From an uncultured Pseudomonadota bacterium (GTDB lineage Bacteria; Oederibacteriota; Muellerivitia; Muellerivitales; Muellerivitaceae), in contig CAVYRH010000002.1 of NCBI GenBank assembly GCA_963770835.1, positions 64,001 through 128,000 of the forward strand: 64,000 bases of DNA, in the 5' to 3' direction. Under the pieces are notes generated by a model, which searched no databases, was not told where the DNA came from, and saw nothing but the letters and a program-made list of their open reading frames with translations. Shown here one piece after another: positions 19,756 to 31,193 of this stretch. Position numbers and translations under genes: made by a program. Positions within the stretch are counted from its first letter, which is position 1. Each line of letters begins with the position of its first letter.

Positions 19756-20550
19756 TTAAAAATCTTTATTTGGAGTCGAGGCCTGGGCGTAAAGCTTCTT
19801 GGGGATGCGACCCGCCAGGTAGGAAAGCCGTCCCGCTTCGGTGGCATGCCGCATGGCGTTTGCCATCTTGAGGGGATCTTTGGCATGGGCGATGGCCGTG
19901 TTCAAAAGAACGGCTACCACCCCTAGTTCCATGGCCACCGCCACATCCGAGGCCGAACCCACCCCGGCGTCGATCAAAACCGGGCATTTCAACTTCTCCA
20001 GGATGATCCGGATGTTATTGGGGTTCAAAACACCCTGACCCGAGCCAATCGGCGAACCCGCGGGCATTACCGCATGGGCACCGGCCTGTTCCAGTTTTTG
20101 GGCCATAACGGGGTCGTCGGAAGTGTAGGTCATCACCGTAAAGCCCTCCTTCACCAACACCTTGGTGGCATCCAAGGTGGCAAGGGGGTCGGGCAGGAGG
20201 GTTTTTTCATCGAAAAGGACTTCCAGTTTCACGAAATCCGAAATGCCAGTGGCACGGGCCAGGTGGGCCACCCGGATGGCCTCTTCGGCGCTATAACAAC
20301 CAGCCGTATTGGGGAGAAGGGTGTATTTCCTGGGGTTAATATAGTCAAGCAAGGTCTTTTCGCCCTTGTTGTCCAGGTTGACCCGACGCAGGGCCACTGT
20401 CACGATCTCCGTGCCCGAAGCTTCCAGGCATTGGGCCATCAAGTCGTTCGTAGCGTACTTTCCCGTTCCTACCAGTAGGCGGGAATGGAATGTCTTGCCG
20501 TTGATTTCATAGGTATCCTCGGATTTTACTTGTTCTAAGGTTGTCGTCAT
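19756..20550 (-). CDS. thiG: Thiazole synthase
   Basis: [33 protein letters not shown] motifs; start at the ATG overlapping the thiS stop. Confidence 0.97.
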   Translation of the reverse strand: MTTTLEQVKSEDTYEINGKTFHSRLLVGTGKYATNDLMAQCLEASGTEIVTVALRRVNLDNKGEKTLLDYINPRKYTLLPNTAGCYSAEEAIRVAHLARATGISDFVKLEVLFDEKTLLPDPLATLDATKVLVKEGFTVMTYTSDDPVMAQKLEQAGAHAVMPAGSPIGSGQGVLNPNNIRIILEKLKCPVLIDAGVGSASDVAVAMELGVVAVLLNTAIAHAKDPLKMANAMRHATEAGRLSYLAGRIPKKLYAQASTPNKDF

Positions 20551-20750
20551 CAGCCGCCTCCAACGAATTGAATGAGTTCCACTTGGTCGCCGTCCGAAAG
20601 TTTCCAACCGGACCTTTGTTCGTTTTGCACGATTTGCCGGTTCACTTCCGCCACAACGGTTTCCTTCCGAACGCCCAACTGTCGGATTAAATCTTCCAGG
20701 GAAATACCATCTGAAAATTCCTTGTTTTCGCCGTTAATGAGAAGTTTCAT
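20550..20750 (-). CDS. thiS: Sulfur carrier protein ThiS
   Basis: 66 aa, INGE start, [14 protein letters not shown]-terminal di-glycine. Confidence 0.95.
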   Translation of the reverse strand: MKLLINGENKEFSDGISLEDLIRQLGVRKETVVAEVNRQIVQNEQRSGWKLSDGDQVELIQFVGGG

Positions 20751-20769
20751 TGAAAAACCTTTTAAAATC

Positions 20770-20916
20770 GCTGTCATTGCGAGGAGCGAACTTTGCGACG
20801 AAGCAAACTAAGTTCATGGGTGGTTTTGAAGAGTGCTGTGGAAGGCATTATTTAAGACTGTGGTTGCTTCGTCAAGACCACCCGCCTATTCGGCGAGTTT
20901 TCCTCGCAATGACAGC
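20770..20916. repeat. Palindromic REP/RPE-like element (GTCATTGCGAG...CTCGCAATGAC type)
   Basis: Perfect 16-bp outer inverted repeat (20770-20785 / 20901-20916) plus inner 10-bp inverted repeat GACGAAGCAA/TTGCTTCGTC (20797-20806 / 20864-20873). Confidence 0.8.
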
Positions 20917-20929
20917 AATTCAAATTTTT

Positions 20930-21358
20930 TCAGGAACGGTTTTTATGTTGCCGAAGTATTTCGTTGATCTTGGTTTCCATCTCGTTTTCTTCGGCGGTGT
21001 TCTCAAGGTTTAAGAACCGGTTAAGCGCGATGCGGGTGACCACGCTTCCTCTAAGGCGTTTGTCCTCGGCGAGGAGTTGTTCCAGGATTCGGATTTGCAG
21101 GAAGCGGAGTTTTGAGCTCTTTTGTTTGCCGTCGATTTTGACGCGCCGGGAACCAGCGGGTTTCTGGGACGCGTCCCGCATGGCCATCAATCTTTCGGCT
21201 GTCTTTTCGGCCTGTGTTTTTGCCGGGAAATAGGCCTTTTCGGCCGATTCCTTGGTAGTCTCTTCCCTCACCTGGCGCAGGGCTTCCAAACGCCGGATTT
21301 GTTTTTCGGCCTCAGTTAAAGGCTTCTCGGGGTCGCTCACGGGCAAATCCCTCTTCAT
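20930..21358 (-). CDS. Hypothetical protein (charged helices, possible C-terminal ribbon-helix-helix)
   Basis: 142-aa ORF in operon orientation; true start may be the GTG near 21340. Confidence 0.55.
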   Translation of the reverse strand: MKRDLPVSDPEKPLTEAEKQIRRLEALRQVREETTKESAEKAYFPAKTQAEKTAERLMAMRDASQKPAGSRRVKIDGKQKSSKLRFLQIRILEQLLAEDKRLRGSVVTRIALNRFLNLENTAEENEMETKINEILRQHKNRS

Positions 21359-22271
21359 CGAAGATGAAAGGCCACTTCTTTTCCAGCCAAGGAGCCACGA
21401 AATAACAGCATAAACCTACCCCCAAACCGGCAACCACATCAACGAAATAATGATAACGCCCGTAGATGGTGCCCGCAAACAACATAATGGTTAAAAGAAG
21501 GACACCAAATCGCCATCTCCCGAGGTAGGGAAAAACCATGAGGCAGATCACCGAGGCGGCGATATGGGAGCTGGGGAAGGACCCGCCTGGAAAGGCGTTT
21601 TGCTCCACCGCCGATTGAAGCCAATCGGACACCCAATAGCCTTGAAGGGATTCCCCCAAACCCGGCATATAAAATCGGGGACTTTCCGCCGGGAGAAAAA
21701 CAAAAAGGATATAGTGCAGGAAATAAGTGAAGGTTAGGGAAAACATGAAGGTGCGGAACTTGGAAAGGGGCGCGCGAAAATAAAGCACCAGGGCGGAGAG
21801 GGGCAGGAGGAGAAAATAAAAGCTGTAGCCGATGCTAAAAAATTCGTTTAAAAGGCGGCTTGGGGGATAAAACTGCTGCTGGTTCCAAACGCGCATCCCA
21901 ATCTTTCCCATCTCGTTATCGACGCTAAAAAGCCATTCATCCAGGGTCCAGTCAAAATACTGGTGCACCAAAAGCCCCACTTCGCGGTAGAAAAAAATCA
22001 TGACGATAAGGGGATAAAATTCGCGGGCAAAAGACACGACGGGATTGGAAAAATTCCTTAGATTCCAAAGGAAAACCGACAAGGCCAGGAAGACCAACGC
22101 GTGGAGCCCCACCAAGTGTAGCTTCTCCTCAAAGGAAAGGTTGCCGGCCAGGATAAGGCCCGACATCAATACTTGGTAAATCAGCACGAGTGAGTCCACC
22201 GGTTTAATCCAGGGCTCTCCGGCTTTTCGGGGCTTCGGCGGATTACTTTTTGGAGTTGTCATTGTGGGCAC
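21312..22271 (-). CDS. PAP2-superfamily membrane phosphatase/phosphotransferase, Aur1/IPC-synthase-like
   Basis: Multiple TM helices; PAESPR, FPSSH and RYHYFVD motifs. Confidence 0.8.
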   Translation of the reverse strand: MPTMTTPKSNPPKPRKAGEPWIKPVDSLVLIYQVLMSGLILAGNLSFEEKLHLVGLHALVFLALSVFLWNLRNFSNPVVSFAREFYPLIVMIFFYREVGLLVHQYFDWTLDEWLFSVDNEMGKIGMRVWNQQQFYPPSRLLNEFFSIGYSFYFLLLPLSALVLYFRAPLSKFRTFMFSLTFTYFLHYILFVFLPAESPRFYMPGLGESLQGYWVSDWLQSAVEQNAFPGGSFPSSHIAASVICLMVFPYLGRWRFGVLLLTIMLFAGTIYGRYHYFVDVVAGLGVGLCCYFVAPWLEKKWPFIFDEEGFARERPREAFN

Positions 22272-22338
22272 GCTTTTTTAGACGCCTTATTTCACTTTTA
22301 GTATTAAAAAATTAATTTCAAGTCAAAGTTTTCCGGAA

Positions 22339-24660
22339 TTACCACGGCTTAATAACGGAACTCTTCGGTTCCTGGCCCGCCAGGGCCATCTTCAACATGT
22401 AGACCAGCGCTTCGCCCGCCGAGCGGTTCCCTTTAATTTTTAAAAGGCTGATGGAATAGGAGGGAATCTCAAAATCATACCGCTGGTCGAGGCCCGCCTC
22501 CACGCTCAGTTCGGCATCACTCCCGTTCAAAAGGGTTTTGGGCCTCCAATAGCGGTCGCCTTTGTTGATGATCATCAGGGTGACATCCTTGGATTTGGGG
22601 TCCTGGGTGGCGTAAACGGACATTTCGGGGTTTTGGATCTGGGCCGGTACGACCTTACCATGGATCATTTGTCCCCAGAGTTTCAAGGCCCAGTAAGAGG
22701 GTAGGGCTTGAAAAGAGACTCCCGCCGAAGCGCCCCGCCAAGAATAGGAGGAGGCATCCATGGCCAAATGTTTATTGAGGAATTCCCCCTTTTTATCAGC
22801 CTCCCAAAGGGCTTCCCACATCTGGATCGTCACCCCGGCCTCCTTGGTCGTGGATATGACGGCGGCGGCGCAAGCGCTTTCCCCTGTTACCAAGAGGGGC
22901 AAATCAAAATCCGTGTTCTGGTAAATCTTGTCCCGTAGGGCTTGAACCAGGGAGTCTTCCTGGCGGAGATCGACCCGGATAGACACCGGCAGGTTGGCGG
23001 CTTGAAAGGAAGCATAACGGTGGATCGAAATGCCCTCAACAATATCCCCGTTGTACCGCAGGAAAGAGCTGATCCAGTCGTTTTCGTCCCGGCTGTATTT
23101 CGACGCCGCTTCGGGACCCAATACGATGATCGAAGGGTCTTCCCGCTTCATGGCGTTGTAGAGAATGCGGAAGTCGTTGACGTAATCGTAGGCATTGTAG
23201 TTTTCTACGCCTTTCACGCCCATGTCCGGCTCATCACCCACCGCCCAAAACCGGATATTGTAATTTTTCACCACGTTGGCGTAATGCACCCACTGGGCCG
23301 GCCCTTCCAAATCGGCACGGTTGATGGGAACCACTACCATCGTTTCCGCCCCGATTTTCCGGGCGTAAACGGCGAAATGGTCCAGCAGGGTTTCTCTATC
23401 TTCCAAGTCCGGCTGGGACGCGGACAGGTTCAACCGGATCAACCCGGGATTTAGTGGGTTTAACAGTGGGGCAAGGGTGTCGAATTGTTCAGCGGACCCC
23501 GGCGGGATGGACTGTCCAAAAAAGAAAGGACTCACGCTGACCAAGGAAGAACCAAAGCCTGCCGGCAGGGGAGATAAGCGCAGGGTGACCGCTTTGGCAT
23601 GGAGCTCCAAAGGGGAAACCGAGACTACGTTACCATTCAGCCGCCCATAAAAGACCGTCTTATCGTAGATTTTAATCTTGGGGAGCTGGAAGGTGCCTTG
23701 GGAGTCGGTTCGGGTTTGTTGGGTCTTGGGCCAAGTAGAAACGAGGACTCCCGACAAAGGTTTCCCAGCCGCATCCAACGCGACGCCGGCGATGGTCTTG
23801 ATTCCGCCGTAAGTAGCGCCACGGGTTCCATCGTGGACTAATTCAGCGTAAAGATCCTCGGACTGCTCGAAAGGAACCGCCTGCTCGATTTTTCCGATCC
23901 ACTGGGCCCGGGGCCAAGTCGAGGGGTCTTCTGGATCCGAACCCTTCCCCGCGTAATCCAGTTCGACGATCCGGTAACCGCTGAGCGCCCCGCCCTTGTC
24001 CAGGGCGGCGTCAAGCCTGAGAGGTTTGCCTGCTCCCAGGTCGAGGCCCTGGAAATACGCCAGGGGAATGCAAGCTTCCATCAAATACCCTTTGAGTGTC
24101 TTGCGGGCGACAAGCCGCGAACCCGAAATAGTCTCGTCCCTGTTAAAGCAATACATCAGGGGGCTTTTGCAATCAGCTCCTGGCGAAAGGCCGATATGGT
24201 AGTCCCCCTTGGCTAGGTGGGACGGGCTTACGAGTTCAGAACGTGTAGAGAAGAACAATTCCAAGCAATCGCCGTTCCAAAGTGACCGCAGATCGCTGGC
24301 ATTGACCACATTGTTGCTCTTCTGAAGGGCACTAAGATTAACGGTATCGACGACACTGCCGGCTTTTTGGACGATGGCCGCCACATAAAGATACTGTTCG
24401 TCGTAGGTAACGAAAACGCGGCCATTGAAATCGTCCTCTCCCTTCCAAAAATTCTTTCCAAGGACGACTTGGTCCTTCAGGCCCAGGTAGATCATCCGCG
24501 CCTCGGGCCAGTCGTTCAGGTGGCCATCCACCCGGATGGGAACATTAGTCTGGTTGATGGTCAGGGGGGTGGTTGTCGGTAAGGGGGTTTGGCCGAAAAC
24601 CGGAACAACAACGGCAAATTCCACCACAAAGACGTAGAGACGCCAAGTTTTAAGATTCAT
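22339..24660 (-). CDS. Secreted modular protein: CBM9-like domain, carboxypeptidase-regulatory-like domain, clan GH-A (GH44/51/79-like) barrel
   Basis: Signal peptide; VDGHLNDW..YDEQYLY..GDCLE; TRTDSQGTF; WAVGDEPD, MKREDPSI.VLGP, ISIHRY. Confidence 0.6.
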   Translation of the reverse strand: MNLKTWRLYVFVVEFAVVVPVFGQTPLPTTTPLTINQTNVPIRVDGHLNDWPEARMIYLGLKDQVVLGKNFWKGEDDFNGRVFVTYDEQYLYVAAIVQKAGSVVDTVNLSALQKSNNVVNASDLRSLWNGDCLELFFSTRSELVSPSHLAKGDYHIGLSPGADCKSPLMYCFNRDETISGSRLVARKTLKGYLMEACIPLAYFQGLDLGAGKPLRLDAALDKGGALSGYRIVELDYAGKGSDPEDPSTWPRAQWIGKIEQAVPFEQSEDLYAELVHDGTRGATYGGIKTIAGVALDAAGKPLSGVLVSTWPKTQQTRTDSQGTFQLPKIKIYDKTVFYGRLNGNVVSVSPLELHAKAVTLRLSPLPAGFGSSLVSVSPFFFGQSIPPGSAEQFDTLAPLLNPLNPGLIRLNLSASQPDLEDRETLLDHFAVYARKIGAETMVVVPINRADLEGPAQWVHYANVVKNYNIRFWAVGDEPDMGVKGVENYNAYDYVNDFRILYNAMKREDPSIIVLGPEAASKYSRDENDWISSFLRYNGDIVEGISIHRYASFQAANLPVSIRVDLRQEDSLVQALRDKIYQNTDFDLPLLVTGESACAAAVISTTKEAGVTIQMWEALWEADKKGEFLNKHLAMDASSYSWRGASAGVSFQALPSYWALKLWGQMIHGKVVPAQIQNPEMSVYATQDPKSKDVTLMIINKGDRYWRPKTLLNGSDAELSVEAGLDQRYDFEIPSYSISLLKIKGNRSAGEALVYMLKMALAGQEPKSSVIKPW

Positions 24661-24716
24661 TTAAAACCTTTAAAACAATGAATAAACACCAAACATTCTA
24701 ACCACTTGACTTAAAA

Positions 24717-24770
24717 CAAAAAAGACGAACCCAAGTCTGCTTTTAAGCACGACTTAAAAGTCCGTCTTCC
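24717..24770 (-). terminator. Probable terminator after gltD
   Basis: Minus strand AAGACGGAC...GTTCGTCTT stem followed by TTTTGTTT. Confidence 0.45.
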
Positions 24771-24810
24771 ATAAGTCTTTCTTGAAGTCTTGGGGGCTAA
24801 ATTGGTTCTT

Positions 24811-26256
24811 CTAAAGCGGACTGGGAAGCGTCGTCTCCCCCATCAGCCACAGGTCGCAGCCCCGGGCCGCGGCGCGGCCCTCGGCAATGGCCCAGACGAT
24901 CAAGGATTGGCCGCGGGTCATGTCTCCGGCCACGAAGACACCCGGCACGCTGGTCATCTTGTTTGCGTCGGCCTTGACGTTAGATCGTTGATCCAGTTCG
25001 ATCCCCAACTTCTCGAACAGCGGGTTCTTTTCCGGACCCAGGAAACCCATGGCCAAAAGCACCAAATCGGCCGGAATTTCGAATTCGCTTCCGGCGATTT
25101 CCTGCAGCTTCGGGGGACCCGAGGGTTGGGGAATCCATTCCACCTTCACGCCCTTGAGTTTCTTCACCACGCCGTTTTCACCCGTGAATTCCTTGGTGGA
25201 GACGCTGTAAAGAATCTCCCCGCCTTCCTCATGGGCCGGAGCCACGCGTAAAATGCGGGCCCATTGGGGCCACGGATTATCCGTGGCCCTTTCGGCTGGA
25301 GGCTTGGGAAGGACTTCCAGGGAAGTGACGCTTTTGGCGCCCTGGCGGTGGGCGGTACCAATACAGTCCGCGCCCGTGTCGCCGCCGCCGATCACGATGA
25401 CGTGCTTGTCCTTGGCCGTAATCTGGTTTTCGACCTTATCGCCTTCCCGCACCTTGTTGGACTGGGTCAGGTATTCCATGGCGAAATGAACGCCTTTCAG
25501 TTCCCTTCCTGGAACGGGCAGGTTGCGGGGCTGGGTGGCCCCTCCCGCCAGGACAATGGCGTCGAAATTCTTTTTTAGATCCTCAATGGGCACATTGTGG
25601 CCGATGTTGGCGCTGGTCTTGAACTCCACGCCCTCCGCCTTCATTTGTTCCATCCGCCGGTCCACATGCCGCTTTTCCATCTTGAATTCGGGAATGCCGT
25701 AGCGGAGCAGCCCGCCGATGCGGTCCGCGCGCTCGAATACCGTCACCCGGTGCCCCACCCGGGCCAGTTGTTGTGCGGCCGCCAGGCCCGCCGGGCCCGA
25801 ACCCACCACGGCCACTTTCTTGCCGGTGAGGTTCTTGGGCGGCATGGGCTTGACCCAGCCTTCCTTCCAGGCGTGGTCGATGATGGAAACTTCGATGTTC
25901 TTGATGGTGACCGGCTGTTTGTACACGTCCAGGCCGAGCACGCAGGAATTTTCGCAAGGGGCCGGGCAAAGACGGCCGGTGAATTCGGGGAAATTATTGG
26001 TGGCGTGCAGGCGTTCAATGGCTTCCCGCCAGCGGTCGCGGTAGACCAGGTCGTTCCAATCCGGGATGATGTTGCCCAGGGGACAGCCCTGGTGGCAGAA
26101 AGGCACGCCGCAATCCATACAGCGGGCGGCCTGGCTCTTCAGCTCGGCCGGGTCGGCGGGCAGCACGTATTCTTTCCAGTCCTTGACGCGCTCCACCACG
26201 GGCCGCTTGTGGGGCATCTCCCGTCCCGTTTCCATGAATCCTGTCGGTTTTCCCAT
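24811..26256 (-). CDS. gltD: Glutamate synthase small (beta) subunit
   Basis: [51 protein letters not shown] motifs. Confidence 0.97.
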   Translation of the reverse strand: MGKPTGFMETGREMPHKRPVVERVKDWKEYVLPADPAELKSQAARCMDCGVPFCHQGCPLGNIIPDWNDLVYRDRWREAIERLHATNNFPEFTGRLCPAPCENSCVLGLDVYKQPVTIKNIEVSIIDHAWKEGWVKPMPPKNLTGKKVAVVGSGPAGLAAAQQLARVGHRVTVFERADRIGGLLRYGIPEFKMEKRHVDRRMEQMKAEGVEFKTSANIGHNVPIEDLKKNFDAIVLAGGATQPRNLPVPGRELKGVHFAMEYLTQSNKVREGDKVENQITAKDKHVIVIGGGDTGADCIGTAHRQGAKSVTSLEVLPKPPAERATDNPWPQWARILRVAPAHEEGGEILYSVSTKEFTGENGVVKKLKGVKVEWIPQPSGPPKLQEIAGSEFEIPADLVLLAMGFLGPEKNPLFEKLGIELDQRSNVKADANKMTSVPGVFVAGDMTRGQSLIVWAIAEGRAAARGCDLWLMGETTLPSPL

Positions 26257-26306
26257 TTTTCCCTCAGATAAAGCTGACAGTTGTCAGCGGATAGTTGCCG
26301 GCCGGC

Positions 26307-29300
26307 TTAAGCCACTGCCACCGGTTTGGCCGCGGCGTCTTTTTGTGCCTGCAGGGCCTTTTTATAATCCACCGGCATGACCTTTACGAACTGTTTGGAC
26401 AGCTTGTCCCAATCCTTCAGGAGAACCCCAGCCACCGTGCTCCCGGTAAATTCCTGGTGTTTGCGCAGCATGTTCTGGATGAATTTCAGGTCCTCGTCTT
26501 CCAACTCCTCCAGGGCCACCATTTCCTTGTTACACCGGATGTCGAAGTCGCCGGTTTTGTTCCAAACATAGGCGATGCCGCCCGACATTCCAGCCGCGAA
26601 ATTGCGTCCGGTGTCGCCGATCACCACCACCTTGCCGCCGGTCATGTACTCGCAGCCGTGGTCGCCCACGCCCTCCACCACAGCTTCCACACCCGAGTTG
26701 CGCACGCCGAAGCGCTCCCCGGCCTTGCCGCGGATATAAACCTCGCCGCTGGTGGCGCCGTAAAGAAGCACATTGCCCACGATGATGTTTTCCTCCGGCA
26801 CGAAAGTGGCGTCCTTGGGCGGATACACCATGATTTTGCCGCCGCAAAGGCCCTTGCCCAAATAGTCGTTGGCGTCCCCTTCCAGGCGAAGGGTCATCCC
26901 CTTGGGCACGAAGGCGGCGAAACTGTTTCCCGCGGACCCCTTGAAGGTGATCTGGATGGTGTCATCGGGCAGTCCTTTGGCACCGTGTTTGCGGGATATT
27001 TCCGCGCCGACCATGGTTCCCACCGTGCGATTGATGTTGCGGATGGGCACCTCAAACTTAACGGGTTTTTTCTCCTCGATAGCCGGCTTGCAACGCTCCA
27101 TCAAAACTTCGTTGTCCAAGGCTTTGTCCAGGCCGTGGTCCTGTTTTTGAACGCAGTAAACCGGGCCCAGATTGGATTCCCCTGGCTTGTAGAAGATGGC
27201 CGACAAATCCAGGCCCTTGGATTTCCAATGGGCGATGGCCTCGTTCATTTCCAACAGTTCCGAATGGCCCACCATCTCATTAATGGTCTTGAAACCCAGT
27301 TCGGCCATGATTTCGCGCATCTCCTCGGCGATGAACATCATGAAATTGACCACATATTCGGGCTTGCCCGTGAACTTCTTGCGGAGCTCGGGATTTTGGG
27401 TGGCAATGCCTACCGGGCAGGTGTCCAGGTGGCAAACCCTCATCATGATGCAACCCTCGGCGACGAGGGCGGCGGTGGCGAAACCGTACTCCTCGGCGCC
27501 CAAGAGGCAGGCAATGGCCACGTCCCGGCCGGTCTTCAATTGGCCGTCGGTCTGGACCGTGATGCGGTCCCGAAGGCGGTTTTTGACCAGGATCTGGTGG
27601 GTTTCGGCCAAGCCTAGTTCCCAGGGCGCGCCAGCGAACTTGATGGAGGTCAGGGGGGAGGCGCCCGTGCCGCCGTCATGCCCGCTGATCAAGCACATGG
27701 TCCGCGTGGGCCTTGCAAACCCCCGCCGCGACCGTCCCTACCCCGATCTCGGCCACCAGCTTGACCGAAATGCGGGCGTATTTATTGGCGTTTTTCAGAT
27801 CGTGGATGAGCTGGGCCAGATCCTCAATGGAGTAAATGTCGTGGTGCGGCGGGGGCGAAATGAGGCCCACGAAAGGCGTCGCGAACCGGGTCTTGGCGAT
27901 CCAGGGATAAACTTTCTTGCCGGGCAATTGGCCGCCCTCCCCCGGCTTGGCGCCTTGCGCCATCTTGATTTGAAGCTCCTTGGCGTTGACCATGTAATGG
28001 CTGGTCACGCCGAAACGGCCCGAGGCCACCTGCTTGATGGCCGAATTGCGGGAGTCGCCGTTGGGCTCGGGAATATAACGGTCCTCATCCTCGCCGCCCT
28101 CGCCCGTGTTGGATTTGCCGCCGATGCGGTTCATGGCGATGGCGAGCGTCTGGTGGGCTTCCTGGCTGATGGAGCCATAGGACATGGCCCCGGTGGCGAA
28201 GCGCTTCACGATCTCGGAAGCGGGTTCCACCTGGTCGAGCGGGATGGGGTTTCCCTTCTTGAACTTGAACAAGCCCCGCAGGGTGGCCAGGGCGCGGCGA
28301 TTGCTCGTTCACTTCGGAGGAATAAGCCTTGAAAATCTTGTAGTTGCTGGTCCGTACCGCGTTCTGGAGTTTATGGACCGTATCGGGGTTGAAGAGATGC
28401 TTTTCCCCGTCGCGGCGCCATTGGTAGCGTCCGCCCCAGTCCAAGTCCAGTTCGCGGGCGGGCCTTTCCGGGAAGGCGCCCCGGTGCCGTTTCTCGGATT
28501 CGGCGGCCACTTCGTTGATGCCGATTCCCTGGATGCGGCTGGCGGTCCAAGTGAAATACTTGTCGATGAATTCGGAATTGAGTCCCACGGCCTCGAAGAT
28601 CTGCGCGCCCCGGTAGCTTTGGATGGTCGAAATGCCCATCTTGGACATGACCTTGACGATGCCCTTGTTGGCGGCCTTGATGTATTTCTTCACGGCCGTC
28701 TTATGGTCGATGTCGGAAGGCAGGATGCCGCGGCGGATCATGTCGTCCAGGGTCTCGAAGGCCAGGTAGGGGTTGATGGCGTTGGCGCCATAGCCCAACA
28801 GCAAGCGCGAAATGGTGGACTTCCCGGGGTTCCCCCGATTCCACGATCAAGTCCCACTTTGGTCCGTTCGCCCTTTTTGATCAGATGGTGGTGCACGCCG
28901 GAGGTGGCCAGGAGGCTCGGGATAGGGGCATTGTCGTGATCCAGGCCCCGGTCGGTCAGGATGATGATCTGGTACCCCTCCTTGCACGGCCCTGCTGGCC
29001 TTTTCGCAGGTACTTGCTCAATGGCCTTGGCCAATCCGGCGCCGCCTTCCGCCACCTTATAAAGGATGGGCAGGGTGACGGCTTTGTAGTTCTTGAACTT
29101 CGATATGGGTGAACTTGGCCAATTCGTCGTTGTCCAGCACCGGGCTCTTCAGTTCGATCTGGCGGCAGGACTCGGGGGTTGGCTTCAGCAGGTTCCCCTC
29201 GGGGCCGACGGTGGTATTGACCGAAGTCACCAGTTCCTCGCGGATGGCGTCCAAGGGCGGGTTGGTGACCTGGGCGAACAACTGGTTGAAGTAGTTGAAG

Positions 29301-30868
29301 AGGGGTTGGGCCTGGTTGGACAAGACGGCCAGGGGCGTGTCATCCCCCATGCGATCCGATGGCTTCTTCCCCGTTGGTGGCCATGGGGGCCATCAGGATA
29401 CGGACGTCCTCGTGGGTATAGCCGAAGGCCTTCTGGCGTTTCAGGACCGTTTCGTGGTCCGGTTCGGGCACGTGCGGCGCCTCGGGCAGCTTGTCCAGGG
29501 AAGTCAGGTTTTCCTTCAGCCACTCGCCATAAGGCTGCGCCTTGGAGATTTTTTCCTTCAATTCAACGTCGTCAATGATGCGGCCCTCATTCAAGTCGAT
29601 CAGGAACATCTTGCCGGGTTCCAAGCGGCCCTTTTTCAAGACCCGCTGGGAAGGTCGATATCCAGGACACCCACTTCGGAGGCCATGATGACCAGATCGT
29701 CCTTGGTCACGTAATAGCGCGAGGGCCTGAGGCCGTTGCGATCCAGGACCGCGCCGATGACTTTGCCGTCGGTAAAGGCGATGGAAGCCGGGCCGTCCCA
29801 GGGCTCCATCAGGCAGGAATGGTAGTGGTAGAAGTCCTTCTTGTACTGGGGCATGGTGGCGTGGCCCGTCCAGGCCTCGGGAATCATCATCATCATGGCA
29901 TGGGGCAGGCTGCGGCCCGCCATGACCAATATTTCCAGCGCGTTGTCGAAAGTGGCCGAGTCGGACTGACCTTCCCGGACGATGGGCAGGAGCTTTTTCA
30001 TTTCCTCCGGGGTGTAGTGGTCGCTTGCGAAGAGCGCTTCCCGCGCGTGCATCCAGTTGATGTTTCCGCGCAGCGTGTTGATTTCCCCGTTGTGGGCGAT
30101 ATAGCGGAAAGGATGGGCCAGGTCCCAGGAGGGGAAGGTGTTGGTGGAAAACCTGGAATGGACCAGGGCCAGGGCCGACTCCACTCGCAGTGTCCCGGAG
30201 ATCGCGGAAATAGGGGGCCACCTGGCCGGGCGTCAGCATGCCCTTTGTAGACCAGCGTGCGGCAGGAAAGGCTGGCGACGTAGAAAAGGTGTTTCTCGGT
30301 GAGGATGGACGCGGCCACGGTGTTTTCAACCCTCTTGCGGATGAGGAAAAGCTTCCGCTCGAAAGCGTCCTGGTCCTTGATGTCCTTGGACTTGCCGATG
30401 AAGACCTGCTTCATGACTGGTTCGGCGGCGCGGGCCGTCGGCCCGACTTCGCTGTTATCGGTGGGAACCAGGCGCCAGCCCAGGAGGGTTTGCCCCTCTT
30501 CCTTCACAACCTTGCTCAAAAACATCCTCGCAAAACTTGATGTGGTCGGCCAGCTTGGGCAGGAAAACCACGCCTACCCCGTAGTCCCCCTCCGGCGGCA
30601 AGGTCAGGTTGAAGACCGCCGCATTCTTGCGGAAAAACTTGTCAGGGATTTGGATCAAGATCCCGGCGCCGTCGCCCGTATTGGTCTCGCAACCGCAGGC
30701 GCCCCGGTGGGAAAGGTTGAGAAGAATCTCGACGCCCTGCTGGACGATCTCATGGGATTTCTTGTTCTTCATGTTGGCGACAAAACCCACACCGCAGGAA
30801 TCTTTACCGGCGTCGAAAGGGGCGATCAGGTTTTCGTTGGGATTGGCTTGAATCGGTCGGTCGGACAT
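26307..30868 (-). CDS. gltB: Glutamate synthase large (alpha) subunit, frameshifted into about 9 fragments as given
   Basis: Collinear fragments: [78 protein letters not shown]-terminal repeats; ATG at 30868 with GGAG RBS. Confidence 0.95.
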
Positions 30869-30917
30869 CTTTTCTTCTCCTAGAACCCTCGGGATTGCGA
30901 ACCGCATTTTCAGGGTT

Positions 30918-30946
30918 AAAAAAAGCGGCCTCTTTGGGGGGCCGCT
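30918..30946 (-). terminator. Intrinsic terminator about 50 nt upstream of the gltB start
   Basis: Minus strand AGCGGCC-CCCCAAAGA-GGCCGCT followed by a T-run. Confidence 0.75.
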
Positions 30947-31193
30947 AGCTACCTCCAGCATCGAATGGGGGAGTTAAATTACAGTATATAGTATGTATTT
31001 TCAAGCAAACTTCATACCACTCGTGGTGTCAACCCCGGACCCGGAAACATCAGAAAAAAATCGGAATCTAGCGGATCAAGGGCAATGGGTCGGTCCTGTT
31101 AGACCATCAAAAAAAGGCCTGCCAGAACAAAATTGTCGTAAAACGCTAACGATCCAACCTCAAGGACGGATATCCGCCTGGGGCAGGCCCCCC

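Noticed and set aside
20751..20930. TPP riboswitch upstream of thiSGE
   Set aside because: No CTGAGA or CCTGA..GATAA-type core motifs; the region is a palindromic repeat.
24811..24820. CTAAAGCGG match to the riboswitch 3' motif
   Set aside because: It is the antisense of the gltD stop region and lacks the other aptamer elements.
26295..28939. Long plus-strand ORFs (440, 378 and 251 aa)
   Set aside because: Antisense shadows of gltB.
27676..30525. Programmed frameshifting or split-gene architecture of gltB
   Set aside because: Too many breaks at arbitrary positions within domains; sequencing error is far more parsimonious.
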